Of a stretch of DNA of 39,671 nucleotides, positions 18,801 to 27,735 are shown one piece after another. The first letter of the stretch is position 1, and the number at the start of each line of letters is the position of its first letter. Position numbers and translations under genes: made by a program. Below the pieces are notes generated by a model. It did no database searches and had not been told where the DNA came from. It worked only from the letters and a program-made list of their open reading frames with translations. Source of the DNA: Prosthecobacter sp. (lineage in GTDB: Bacteria; Verrucomicrobiota; Verrucomicrobiia; Verrucomicrobiales; Verrucomicrobiaceae); assembly GCA_035438165.1 (NCBI GenBank), contig DAORHS010000001.1:1-39671 (forward strand), given 5' to 3'.

Positions 18801-21800
18801 GCCAGTGCAAATGCGGCGAACCCCACCTCGGCGGGCACGCCGATTGTCTCTCTCGACGGCGCACCCGGCTCGGGTCACGGCCTCATCATCAACGACGCGT
18901 TTGACCGGAGTCTGGATGCGACCAGCAGAGGTTTCATCGAGCTGAAGGCCGGTGGCGCGGGCGGCACCATTGCGTCCTCCAGCGGGCATCTCTTCAACAT
19001 CAATGAGGATGTGGAGCTCAACGGCCTGATCCTGACCATCGGCTATGCGGATGTGATCGATGGCGATCCCGGTCTCGGTGACGTGCGCATGGACAAGGTC
19101 ACCGACGGTGTCGGCGGCGGCAGCATCAACGTGATCGACGGCGCCCAGTTGCGCATCAGTGCCGCCAATGCCTTCGACGACACCATCTTCATCACCCTCG
19201 AGGCCGGCGCCTGGCTGGATGTGGACGAAGGCGACACCATTCTGCGTGTGACGGGCGGCGGTGCCACCAGCCGCATCCTCGGTGACAACACACTGACGGT
19301 CACACAGGCGGGCGATTACAACCTCGGTGCCAGCATTTGCGACACGGCCAACATCCTGCAGACAGGCGGTGGTGTTCTGACCCTTGACCAGGACTCGGAC
19401 GGCGGCGGCAACCTCGCGGTCAGCAGCGGCACGATCAAGATCGGCACGGGGGTCAATATCGGAAGCACCTTCAATCTGAACCCGACGAGCGGGGGCGTGA
19501 TCGATCTCAATGGCACGACAAATGCGGTGCGTTCCATCACCGGCGACTCGACAGGAACGATCGAGCTCAACGGCGGTGTTCTCGTGTTCGCCAACTCGGG
19601 CACCGTGACGATCGATTCGGGGGAGGCGGTGATCAACGGTCCTGGCACCATCCGCCTGATTGGAGAAGGCCAGGTGCGCTTCAACGCGGACCCGACGCGA
19701 ATGACCAACATCAGCCAGATCGATGTTTTCAACGGAGAGTTTCGCGTGGACGGCGTGGCCGGCACGCCCAACAGCTTCCTCATCGACGTGCCCGTCATCA
19801 ATCTGGGCGACGGCTTTGTGACGACGGGAGGAACGGGATTCCAGGTGTTCCCGCGCCTCTATCTGGTCAACACAGAGACCACCCAGACGGCGGAGCTCAA
19901 TGTCAACGGCGGCTGGATCACCAGCGACCTTGGAAACAGCGACCTCACGATCTGGAGTGGGAACATCAACTTCACCGGCACGGGCAACACCAATCTTTTC
20001 GATGTGAACGACGCCGGGACGGGTGATCAACACGTTGTCACAGGTGTCATTGGCGGCACGGGCGGCTTCAGCAAGATCAACACAGGCACCCTCCGCCTGG
20101 AGGCCAATAACACAATCTCCGGCGACATCTACATCCAGCGCAACGGTGTGGGTGGCTCGAACATTGACTCCACCGTCTCCCGCGGCGGCATCCGCCTGAC
20201 CGAGGCTGCTGGGGCTCTCTCCGCCGCCAATTCCATCGTGATCAGCCGTGATGGCAGCCTTTATCTCAACAACGCCACGGATGTGAATCTCAACCGTGTT
20301 AATGACGCCGCCGACCTCATCCTCCGTGGCCAGGGTCGCATTCGACTGGTGGGCAACGCGGGATCAGCGGTCACGGAAACCATGGGCGACCTCATCGTTG
20401 AGTCTGGCTCCGGCAAGATCAATTTCGACCTCGACGACACCACACCGCAGACCACGAGTTTCACCTTTGCCAGCTTCACGCGTGATCCGGGGTCCATCGC
20501 GCAGTTTCAGGTGCTCGACAACGTTCCGGGCTCGTTTGGGACCACGGCTCACTTGTTCATCACTGATGGCGGCGCCAGCGCGACGCTGTATGGCGGCGGA
20601 ACGGGCAATGGCACGACGACCCAGTCCATCGTGCTGGGGGCGTTCGGCGGCGTGAACAACATCTCCAACCACTTCATGACCTTCGACAGCGTGACTCCCA
20701 CGGAATTGCGACCGTTGGATTTCGACACGGAGTATCTTCAAAGCTCCAGCCTGCCGGTCAAAGGCCTCGTGGACGGCGACTACACCGTCCTCTATGGCGT
20801 GAACCAGAATTTCATGCTCAACTACAACGTGGACCGCGCGGGCGATCCCGACGGCGACGTGAACTGGTATGGCGACAATCCCAACCGCATCACGGTCAAC
20901 GTGGCAATGAACTCGCTCCGCTTTGGCACCAATACGCCGACTTCTGTGGTCAACGGCAGCAATACCAACGAACTCGGCTCGGTACTGGTGCTCAACGCCG
21001 ACGTCACCCTCTATCTGGGGGACTCCCTGGGTGCGAGCAATGGGGTTGGTTTTGACACCAACGGTTCGGGCATGCTCCTTTTCGGACGGGATGTCAGCGG
21101 AACCAGCGCGGGCAGCAATCAATACATCGCTGGCGGGGTGATCGATTTCGGCACACGTGAGGCCATCATCGTCAATGAAAGCGGCAACAGCGCTCTCATT
21201 CGTTCTGAGATTTCCGGCAGCGGCGGATTGACGAAGGCCGGGGCGCAGACCTTGTACTTCGACAACAGCAACAGCTACACCGGCGTCACCACCATCGCGG
21301 AAGGCATTCTCGTGATTCGTGATCAGCATGCCCTGGGTGGCTCCGACCTGGTGAGAATCGAAAACGACGGACGGCTTTACCTGGAACTCGGCACCAATGT
21401 GCTCGATTCCGTTTCTGGAGGTGCTCCGCCGAATCTCTACATCGGCATCAACAGTGTTTCGACCACCGTTCTCCACAGCAACAACGCCAACAACACCTGG
21501 GGTGGCGACATCATTGTCGATACCGTGGACGATGCCGGTAACTGGGTCTTCACCCCCTACCTTGGCACCGGCTCGCTTTATACCCTGAACATCGACGGGG
21601 ACATCTACGGCAATGAGGAAGGCGGACCTGGAGGGATTGCCGCCAATCATATCAGCCGGGACACCGCTCTGAACGACGCACGCCTTCTCTCCACCGCCGG
21701 CGTCAGCTCGTCGGGCGGCGTCATCAACCTCAACGGTCAGTTCCACGACAATCAGTTCGGCGCCATTGCCACACCGGTCACCGCCGATAACGAAAACCAG

Positions 21801-24800
21801 CTCCTGCGTTTCTTCATTCGCGGCAGCGACCAGACGGTGGTCAACGCACGCCAGCAGTGGGACGCGGCGGGTCTCATCTTTGTGGAAAACGGCATCCTGC
21901 GCTACGAGGGCGACGGCAATTTCTGGACCCCGCTGGCGGCGGCCAACCTCAATGCCGCCAACGGGCAGAGCGGCCTGCGCATCGGCGGCAACAGCAACAA
22001 CTGGAACGCGGCGGTCATCCTGACCAAGCCCGGCCAGGTTCTCAACATCAGCCGCATCGACATCGGCGGGGACGGCACGTCCGATTACAACCAGTTCGGC
22101 AACGACATGCTCGCCGGCACGAACACCTCCGGTACGGTGACCTTTGGTGATGGTACGGACCGGATCGTTTACAACGGATCGAGTGCCGCCAACAACTTTG
22201 TCCGTGACCTGACCGTGTACCAGGCCGGAGGCGGCACGATGGAATTGAATTTCCGCCTGGACGACACGGACGCGGACTCCCACACCTCCTTCACCAAGAT
22301 CGGCCGTGGCGTCGTTAACTTCAACGGCCAGAACGATGTGAATGGCGCCGCGCAGAACGGTGACGTGGAGCAGCTCAACATGTCTGGCGGCCTGCTGCGT
22401 CTGACCAACTACGGCAATGCCACGGGGCGTCGCTTCGACACCGGGGCCATGATCACCTTCGCCGGTGGCGGCATCGAAATGGATGGTGCCAGCTCCATTC
22501 AAAATGAGACGGCCAATTACACAGGGGCGGCCGTCGGAGGGGCTTCCAATTTCCCCACCGCGCAGACGCTGGTCGCCGCCGGCGGCACCGATGTGATCGT
22601 CACGTCGAAGGAAGGTCGCACTACCACCATGAACATCGGCTCCCTCACGCTGGCGACGAATCGTCTGTCCGGCGGCACCTTGAACTTCGTGGAGAATGGC
22701 AATGGCGGCAATTCGGTCATCACCTTCCTGGGCAGCGGCGGTGGCAGCATTCAGGCGGATGACACCGCCTACGCCTGGGCCACCTACGGTGACAGCTACA
22801 CCTACAATGCCGCAGCGGCGACCTACACGCTCAATGCGCTCGACTTTGCCATGACCACCGGCGGAGCCGGAGACATCACGCAATTTGCGGGGGGCACTCG
22901 TCAGGATGAGGACGACATCACCTTGTGGACCGCGACGATGGATGTCAGTGAGAATGGGAGCGGCTTCAACGGCGGCCTGGCAGCATCGCCCATCAACACT
23001 CTCCACTTCGACTTTGATGGGGCGGGCATCATTGACGCCACCAACGGCCTCGAGGTGACCAGCGGCGGCATCATGGTCAGTTCCACGGTTCTCACGGGTG
23101 CCAAGTCCATCATCAACGGCACGCTGATGGCGGGCGCGGATGCCGACCTGATCATCCACCAGTATGGCGGTGTGGCGATGACGATTGGTTCGATCATCGC
23201 CGACAACGGCGGTAGTGTGGCAGGGAATGCGCTGGTCAAAACCGGATCCGGTGAACTCATCCTGTCCGGCACCAACACCTACACCGGCAGGACCTTCCTC
23301 AATGGCGGCGCGCTGACCATTTCCAGTGACGCGAATCTGGGCACTGCCCCCGGCGGGGTTTTGGTGGACGCCCTTTACATCAACAGCGGCAATTTGAACA
23401 CGACGGCGGACTTCACGCTCGATGCCAACCGTGGCATCACGCTCGGCGGCAACGGCGGGGAGCTGAACGTCGCCGCCGGAACCACCCTGAGTTATGGCGG
23501 CATCATTGCATCCGAGCCGAATGTGATCGTCAACTACTCGGCCAATCCGGCGGTGGGCCGCATCGACAAGACGGGAGATGGGACGCTGTACCTCACCGGC
23601 ACCAACAACACCTACAACGGCCTGACCGAAATCAAGGCGGGCACCCTGAAATGGGAGCCCACCTTTACAGGCAGCACAACCGCGACGCCGTTTGGATCAA
23701 ACAGCGCCTTCCTGGACGGCACCATCCTTCGCAGCGGAGCGACGCTGGTGCTCGCCCCCCAGACCCCCGCCACCAACTCCAACTACAACGCGATCCTGCA
23801 GGAGTGGTTCACCTTTGAAGGCGGCAGCATGCTGGATCTCGCTCCGGTGAACACCACGGGGGATTCGCATGACATTAACTATTACTTCCGTGGCATTCTA
23901 CAGTTTAACAGTCTCGGCAACGCCGGGACGCCCGATGGTGTGCAAACCGCCGGCACGCTGGCGGGTGCGACGGTCCTCAATGTGGGAAGCCAGGGCACCA
24001 CCAACCTCAATGATGCCGGCGGCTACATCACGGGCGACGGCGGCATCACCAAGATCGGGCCCGGCACCCTCTATTTTCGCGAGAGCAATCCGGAATGGAC
24101 CGGGCAGTTGATCGTCAGCGAAGGTTCGGTGCATCTCTTCAGCGCGGGAAATCCAGCAGGCATTGGTACGATGCCGATCATTCTCGGACACAATCTGGCT
24201 GCGGAAACGGCGGGAGAGGCCGTCTCCGGCACCGGCACGGTGCAGCTCCTCTACCGTGACGAGGGCGGCTACCGGGATGTGTCCAATGTCAGCCAGGACA
24301 TCATTGTGCGCGATGACTCCGGGGCGGGAAATCAGACGAAGCGCATCGGGGCCATCTATATGGCTCACGCCGACGTGGTGAACTACAAAGGTACGCTCAC
24401 GCTTCAGGACGACGTGGAGTTCTACTATCAGGATGACGTCCGCGACAGCAACAGCACAACCTCCTCGAACACCCGAAATGACACCCGCTCCATCGGCGCG
24501 CCGACCAATGCCGAAACCGTGTTCATCAATTTCGACGGCGACATCATCGGCGGCGGCAACATCTCCATCAACGTGCCCCAGGGGGGCAGTGGCAACGTCG
24601 CCAACGGCAGCATCACCGATCCGTTCGATGACTTTGTGATCAACGCCATCTTCGGCCTGAACGGCGACAACAGCGCCTGGACCGGCGATCTGCTGATCAC
24701 TAATAACAGCGCCACGACCGGCGGCGACGACGTGGACCGCATCGCCATCGTGCGTCTGGGCAATGCCCTGGCGCTGAATGACAACCTGGTGAAGTTCGCC

Positions 24801-27599
24801 TCGCAGGGCCATCTGCAACTGGCGGGCATCGACAAGACCTTCACCCAGAATTTCCTTTTTGTCGGCGCCTCGGGCGTGGCGCCCACCGCGAAGATCGAAA
24901 ACGCCGCGTTCACCGATGTGACGATCACGTTCTCCGCCGACGGCACCAAGACCGGCGTCAGTTTTCAGGATGTGGGTGTGGGCATGGCCGATGGTCTCAT
25001 CTTTGGCGGAACCTTGTACAATCAGGGGCTGCTGAACGTGGTCAAAACAGGCATCGGCGAGACCGTCTTTGGGGCCAGCACCGGTGGCGCTGATGTCGTG
25101 GACGCCTTCAGCAGTTACGCCGGCACGACCACAGTGGAGGCTGGCACCCTGTTTGCCGGCTCGAACAACTCCCTCTCGCCTTACTCACGTTTCATCGTGA
25201 ACAGCGGGGCGGAGCTGAGCACCTACTGGGACGAGGCGCAGGTCGGATTTGATGTCACGATCGGCTCCCTCTCCGGAGGAAGCGGCGCCTTGGTGAACAT
25301 GGAAAACTCCAGCCTCAGGATCGGCGGAGACAACAGCACGGGCGCGGATTTCGCGGGTGTCATTCAGACGCTCGACCACCTGGGAGATCCTGGTGCCGGC
25401 GGGTTCTTCTACAAGGTCGGCTACGGCACGCAGCGCCTGTCTGGCAACAACACCTTCATCGCTGGTGAGTTCAATTTCGCCGTGCTGCAGGGCACTTTGA
25501 TCGGCGGCAGCAACACGGCGTTTGGTGACGCCTCCAACTACATCAACCTCGGTGGCATTCCCTTCATCGGCGGCAGTCCGGTGGACACGAGATTGGAACT
25601 GCTGCTCGACGGCACGGCCACGGCGGTGGTCAATCCGGTCGTGATGAACAACTTCGACGGCAACGACGAAGGCATCACCGTGATCGGCACGCGGGCGGCC
25701 TCGGGCACCTATGGGTTTGCTACGGGAGGCACGGTTTCGCTCTACCAGGACTACTCCACGAATATTTTCGTCGAAGCTGACGGCTCCTCGGTCTTCCAGT
25801 TTGGCGATTCCATTCTCGATGGCGGTTTCGCCGGTGTCACGCCGCTGGTCAAGATCGGCGGCGGCACCGTGGAGTTCCACGCGGCGAACTTTTACAACTC
25901 GGGCGGCTCTTGGGCGGCGGGTGCCGGCATCGACGGCGGCACGGTGGTGCGCCACGGCACACTGAGCATCTTCGACAACGACGCGCTTTCCACCACGGTG
26001 GTGGAGCTGGGGGACACGCGCCGGGATCTGGCCTCGGAAGCCTACCTGGCCACCACCCGCTCGCTCATCACACCTGCGGCAGGCGGCAGCTTCGACGAAT
26101 TCAGCGATGGCGCGGGCGGCGCAGGCAACGGGGCCTTCCTCGGTGTCTCGACGGTGGTGGACGGTGTGGTGGTCACCACCGCCGACATTGGCAGGCGCAT
26201 CCTGGTCAAGGACGAGGGCGACGATCCGGAACGCAACGGTGTCTATGAAATCGTCAGCCTGGATCCCACCGGCACTCACATGAATCTGGTGCGCACGGCG
26301 GACTTCGATGAGGACACGGAAATGCTCTACGGCACCACCATCGTCGTCACTGCAGGCAGCACCCAGAGCGGCATCCGCTTCTTCATGGCCTCGGCGGATG
26401 TCACGGCGGTCAATGGTGACGGCACCGATCCGGTGTACTGGCTGGTGGATCAGGCGAACCCTGATGTGGGCCTGGTGGCCGGAGCTTCGGGCCTGGGCAT
26501 CCTCACGGACATCGACATCAACGACACGAACGGCACCGGCTCCACGATCATCGGCGGCACCTTCACCACCGGCACCTCGGAGTTCCTTGGCGCCATCACG
26601 CTGCAGCACGGCACGCACCCGGGCGTGGACAACATCCGCGAACTGATCCTGATTTCCGAATCGAATGATGCGGGCGGCGGAGTGCTCATCTCCGGGGCCA
26701 TCTCGACAGCGGACCCCGGCGACGTGCTCAGCATCAACAAGCAGGGCTCCGGCACCGTGACGCTCACCAACGCCGCCACCACCTACACCGGCAAGACGAC
26801 CGTCTCCGACGGCACGCTGGCCATGTCAGGTGACACGGACATCTCCACGGCCACGAGCTGGATCGAAATCGCATCCGGGGCCACCTTTGACTTCTCCACC
26901 TCGAACACGGGTGACTTCACCTTCGATGGACCTGTCAGTGGTTCGGGAACCGTGGCGACCGGAACCGGCAGCCTGATCATCGGCACCGATGGCGGTGCGG
27001 GGGTGCTGAGCCCGGGCATGTCCTCAGATCCTTCCGCCATTGGCACGGCGGGTGATGGCATCGGAGTGTTCACGGTGGACGGCAACCTCGAACTCGCCGG
27101 AGATTCCTCGGGGGTGAACCGCCTCACCCTCCAGATGGGCGCCACCAATGGTGCGGACTACAATGATGCCGCCAACTTCAGCAGTCACTTGGGCGCAGGT
27201 GATTTCTCAACCTGGATCGCAGGCCAGGGAGCGGCCTATGACGCCCAGACCGGTGGCAATCATGACCGCCTTGTGGTCACCGGATCGTTCACCCTCAACA
27301 GCGGCGGCATCATCAGCTTCACCAACAATGGCGGCGCGGATTACCAGCCGGTGTTTGGTGATGTGTTCAACCTGATCGACTGGGCCACGCTCAATCCCAA
27401 CAGCTACAGCGTCGGCGGCAACTTCCGCCCCGGCGGACTGCTGGGAGATCTGGAACTGCCGGACCTCAGCCTCGCGGGTCTGTTGTACGACACCAGTCTG
27501 TTCTCGGGTTATGGCATCGTGGTGGTCGTTCCCGAGCCGTCCCGTGCGCTGCTTCTCCTGCTCGGCCTGGTGGGCCTGCTGCTGCGCCGCCGTCGGTGA
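15822..27599 (+). CDS. Giant (3925 aa) surface protein with autotransporter-associated beta-strand (PATR) repeats and C-terminal PEP-CTERM sorting signal
   Basis: Signal peptide (...FSAQTRA/ATFYWD); about 13-14 PATR-like units, e.g. LIKIGNGTLNLGSANSYTGDTTINAG, LTKAGAQTLYFDNSNSYTGVTTIAEG, LVKTGSGELILSGTNTYTGRTFLNGG; G/T/N/S/D-rich; ends VVPEPSRALLLLLGLVGLLLRRRR; no C-terminal beta-barrel. The true start may be one of the later Met codons. Confidence 0.92.
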   Translation: MKQKLLQPSRGFPSRNMMMPAARLQSTNSPSLSSVCLLLLALFTGIFSAQTRAATFYWDADADATGNLVDGTNLGGTGTWDTITANWWDGVSTDAAWPNSLLDTAVFSGTAGTVTLGGPINVGALVFNSDGYLLTGGTLTLGGAATMDVSGLNDVRIDSDIAGSLGLIKIGNGTLNLGSANSYTGDTTINAGIVEVYKDESLGTGGGDIILDGGTLRALGNNFYSTRNITIGAGGGTLDVTRNNSTFGSMRLKGEISGAGTLTKTGFGELRLDGDSSAFTGDFIVDSGIVRMQAYTDRGTVANIPSLSGASSYTVRSGGDLILSYSAIGSTPYYSIVNETAPVHMEGGRLQFYSNNSGAVSPWTQTMGDLFLDRGSSRFFISRTSSSSATLWSFGDLNRSVGATADFDWTTSAGTLGAPGNNPRILFNSIPDPVNDGILGGWALVNQIDFANYDATHGVAIANYTSTDITTAGATDNVDFSQGAVTTTIGDTTVNALKWTATAGVTTGTPTTIIEQTDGSTLTIDTGGLLTIGNFYTSIQPESGGSATIKANGGALYVHNAQSNLYIYSTIADGDMPTALVKTQAGSLVIYSTTDNTYSGGTYINGAANVYTGFTNNQTYLGTGPVYVTRGILNLRRMGATTSTEGYSVFEGGSIYLDSSTTAFNTTGDRFTVDGSSSLGGQSASAGGGGLNSLTYVAGAVSAGGEAHLEPGATILHGTNSSAMGTGNNTMQGLPNDMQFYFGDATTQTAASGVTIGVGTPWKGIGNDRNTRAWDLGTITVNGSDFELHAMLVPNQNGEGQSAYTLRLGNGTGTGGPVITGAAATPLTAHVTGGYVGLDDGSATYGSIAAGSPLTFMVEPGGTLEVSQSAAMGSGDGLASIIVLDGGTLQQYGSTDAARLAAAETGFNGDVTVQSRGRFLAQNTNGLSGSGQLTFEARSIIQINNNTGWTGAQALAAIGVNDAIVKINVDNFGTAAQPLLTTYFDGTGIYEWSASANAANPTSAGTPIVSLDGAPGSGHGLIINDAFDRSLDATSRGFIELKAGGAGGTIASSSGHLFNINEDVELNGLILTIGYADVIDGDPGLGDVRMDKVTDGVGGGSINVIDGAQLRISAANAFDDTIFITLEAGAWLDVDEGDTILRVTGGGATSRILGDNTLTVTQAGDYNLGASICDTANILQTGGGVLTLDQDSDGGGNLAVSSGTIKIGTGVNIGSTFNLNPTSGGVIDLNGTTNAVRSITGDSTGTIELNGGVLVFANSGTVTIDSGEAVINGPGTIRLIGEGQVRFNADPTRMTNISQIDVFNGEFRVDGVAGTPNSFLIDVPVINLGDGFVTTGGTGFQVFPRLYLVNTETTQTAELNVNGGWITSDLGNSDLTIWSGNINFTGTGNTNLFDVNDAGTGDQHVVTGVIGGTGGFSKINTGTLRLEANNTISGDIYIQRNGVGGSNIDSTVSRGGIRLTEAAGALSAANSIVISRDGSLYLNNATDVNLNRVNDAADLILRGQGRIRLVGNAGSAVTETMGDLIVESGSGKINFDLDDTTPQTTSFTFASFTRDPGSIAQFQVLDNVPGSFGTTAHLFITDGGASATLYGGGTGNGTTTQSIVLGAFGGVNNISNHFMTFDSVTPTELRPLDFDTEYLQSSSLPVKGLVDGDYTVLYGVNQNFMLNYNVDRAGDPDGDVNWYGDNPNRITVNVAMNSLRFGTNTPTSVVNGSNTNELGSVLVLNADVTLYLGDSLGASNGVGFDTNGSGMLLFGRDVSGTSAGSNQYIAGGVIDFGTREAIIVNESGNSALIRSEISGSGGLTKAGAQTLYFDNSNSYTGVTTIAEGILVIRDQHALGGSDLVRIENDGRLYLELGTNVLDSVSGGAPPNLYIGINSVSTTVLHSNNANNTWGGDIIVDTVDDAGNWVFTPYLGTGSLYTLNIDGDIYGNEEGGPGGIAANHISRDTALNDARLLSTAGVSSSGGVINLNGQFHDNQFGAIATPVTADNENQLLRFFIRGSDQTVVNARQQWDAAGLIFVENGILRYEGDGNFWTPLAAANLNAANGQSGLRIGGNSNNWNAAVILTKPGQVLNISRIDIGGDGTSDYNQFGNDMLAGTNTSGTVTFGDGTDRIVYNGSSAANNFVRDLTVYQAGGGTMELNFRLDDTDADSHTSFTKIGRGVVNFNGQNDVNGAAQNGDVEQLNMSGGLLRLTNYGNATGRRFDTGAMITFAGGGIEMDGASSIQNETANYTGAAVGGASNFPTAQTLVAAGGTDVIVTSKEGRTTTMNIGSLTLATNRLSGGTLNFVENGNGGNSVITFLGSGGGSIQADDTAYAWATYGDSYTYNAAAATYTLNALDFAMTTGGAGDITQFAGGTRQDEDDITLWTATMDVSENGSGFNGGLAASPINTLHFDFDGAGIIDATNGLEVTSGGIMVSSTVLTGAKSIINGTLMAGADADLIIHQYGGVAMTIGSIIADNGGSVAGNALVKTGSGELILSGTNTYTGRTFLNGGALTISSDANLGTAPGGVLVDALYINSGNLNTTADFTLDANRGITLGGNGGELNVAAGTTLSYGGIIASEPNVIVNYSANPAVGRIDKTGDGTLYLTGTNNTYNGLTEIKAGTLKWEPTFTGSTTATPFGSNSAFLDGTILRSGATLVLAPQTPATNSNYNAILQEWFTFEGGSMLDLAPVNTTGDSHDINYYFRGILQFNSLGNAGTPDGVQTAGTLAGATVLNVGSQGTTNLNDAGGYITGDGGITKIGPGTLYFRESNPEWTGQLIVSEGSVHLFSAGNPAGIGTMPIILGHNLAAETAGEAVSGTGTVQLLYRDEGGYRDVSNVSQDIIVRDDSGAGNQTKRIGAIYMAHADVVNYKGTLTLQDDVEFYYQDDVRDSNSTTSSNTRNDTRSIGAPTNAETVFINFDGDIIGGGNISINVPQGGSGNVANGSITDPFDDFVINAIFGLNGDNSAWTGDLLITNNSATTGGDDVDRIAIVRLGNALALNDNLVKFASQGHLQLAGIDKTFTQNFLFVGASGVAPTAKIENAAFTDVTITFSADGTKTGVSFQDVGVGMADGLIFGGTLYNQGLLNVVKTGIGETVFGASTGGADVVDAFSSYAGTTTVEAGTLFAGSNNSLSPYSRFIVNSGAELSTYWDEAQVGFDVTIGSLSGGSGALVNMENSSLRIGGDNSTGADFAGVIQTLDHLGDPGAGGFFYKVGYGTQRLSGNNTFIAGEFNFAVLQGTLIGGSNTAFGDASNYINLGGIPFIGGSPVDTRLELLLDGTATAVVNPVVMNNFDGNDEGITVIGTRAASGTYGFATGGTVSLYQDYSTNIFVEADGSSVFQFGDSILDGGFAGVTPLVKIGGGTVEFHAANFYNSGGSWAAGAGIDGGTVVRHGTLSIFDNDALSTTVVELGDTRRDLASEAYLATTRSLITPAAGGSFDEFSDGAGGAGNGAFLGVSTVVDGVVVTTADIGRRILVKDEGDDPERNGVYEIVSLDPTGTHMNLVRTADFDEDTEMLYGTTIVVTAGSTQSGIRFFMASADVTAVNGDGTDPVYWLVDQANPDVGLVAGASGLGILTDIDINDTNGTGSTIIGGTFTTGTSEFLGAITLQHGTHPGVDNIRELILISESNDAGGGVLISGAISTADPGDVLSINKQGSGTVTLTNAATTYTGKTTVSDGTLAMSGDTDISTATSWIEIASGATFDFSTSNTGDFTFDGPVSGSGTVATGTGSLIIGTDGGAGVLSPGMSSDPSAIGTAGDGIGVFTVDGNLELAGDSSGVNRLTLQMGATNGADYNDAANFSSHLGAGDFSTWIAGQGAAYDAQTGGNHDRLVVTGSFTLNSGGIISFTNNGGADYQPVFGDVFNLIDWATLNPNSYSVGGNFRPGGLLGDLELPDLSLAGLLYDTSLFSGYGIVVVVPEPSRALLLLLGLVGLLLRRRR

Positions 27600-27735
27600 T
27601 CCGCATTCATCGCTGTGCGGCCTTTCGCGGGGAAGGGGGATGGTCGGTTGTCGGATCGTGCCGGCGGCTTGTCATGTTTTGTCCTTCGGTGATTCCACTG
27701 GTGAAATCGGGCCGCCTGCGCCGTTCTTAGTGGTG

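Noticed and set aside
18564-26618. Long minus-strand ORFs (489, 931, 306 and 477 aa) inside the giant gene
   Set aside because: Antisense shadows with V/D/A/G/R-biased composition and no domain signatures.
15822-27599. Classical type V autotransporter, or DNA-level tandem repeats/CRISPR in the giant gene
   Set aside because: Ends in PEP-CTERM, not a barrel; repeats are degenerate at protein level only; no repeat-spacer array seen anywhere in the window.
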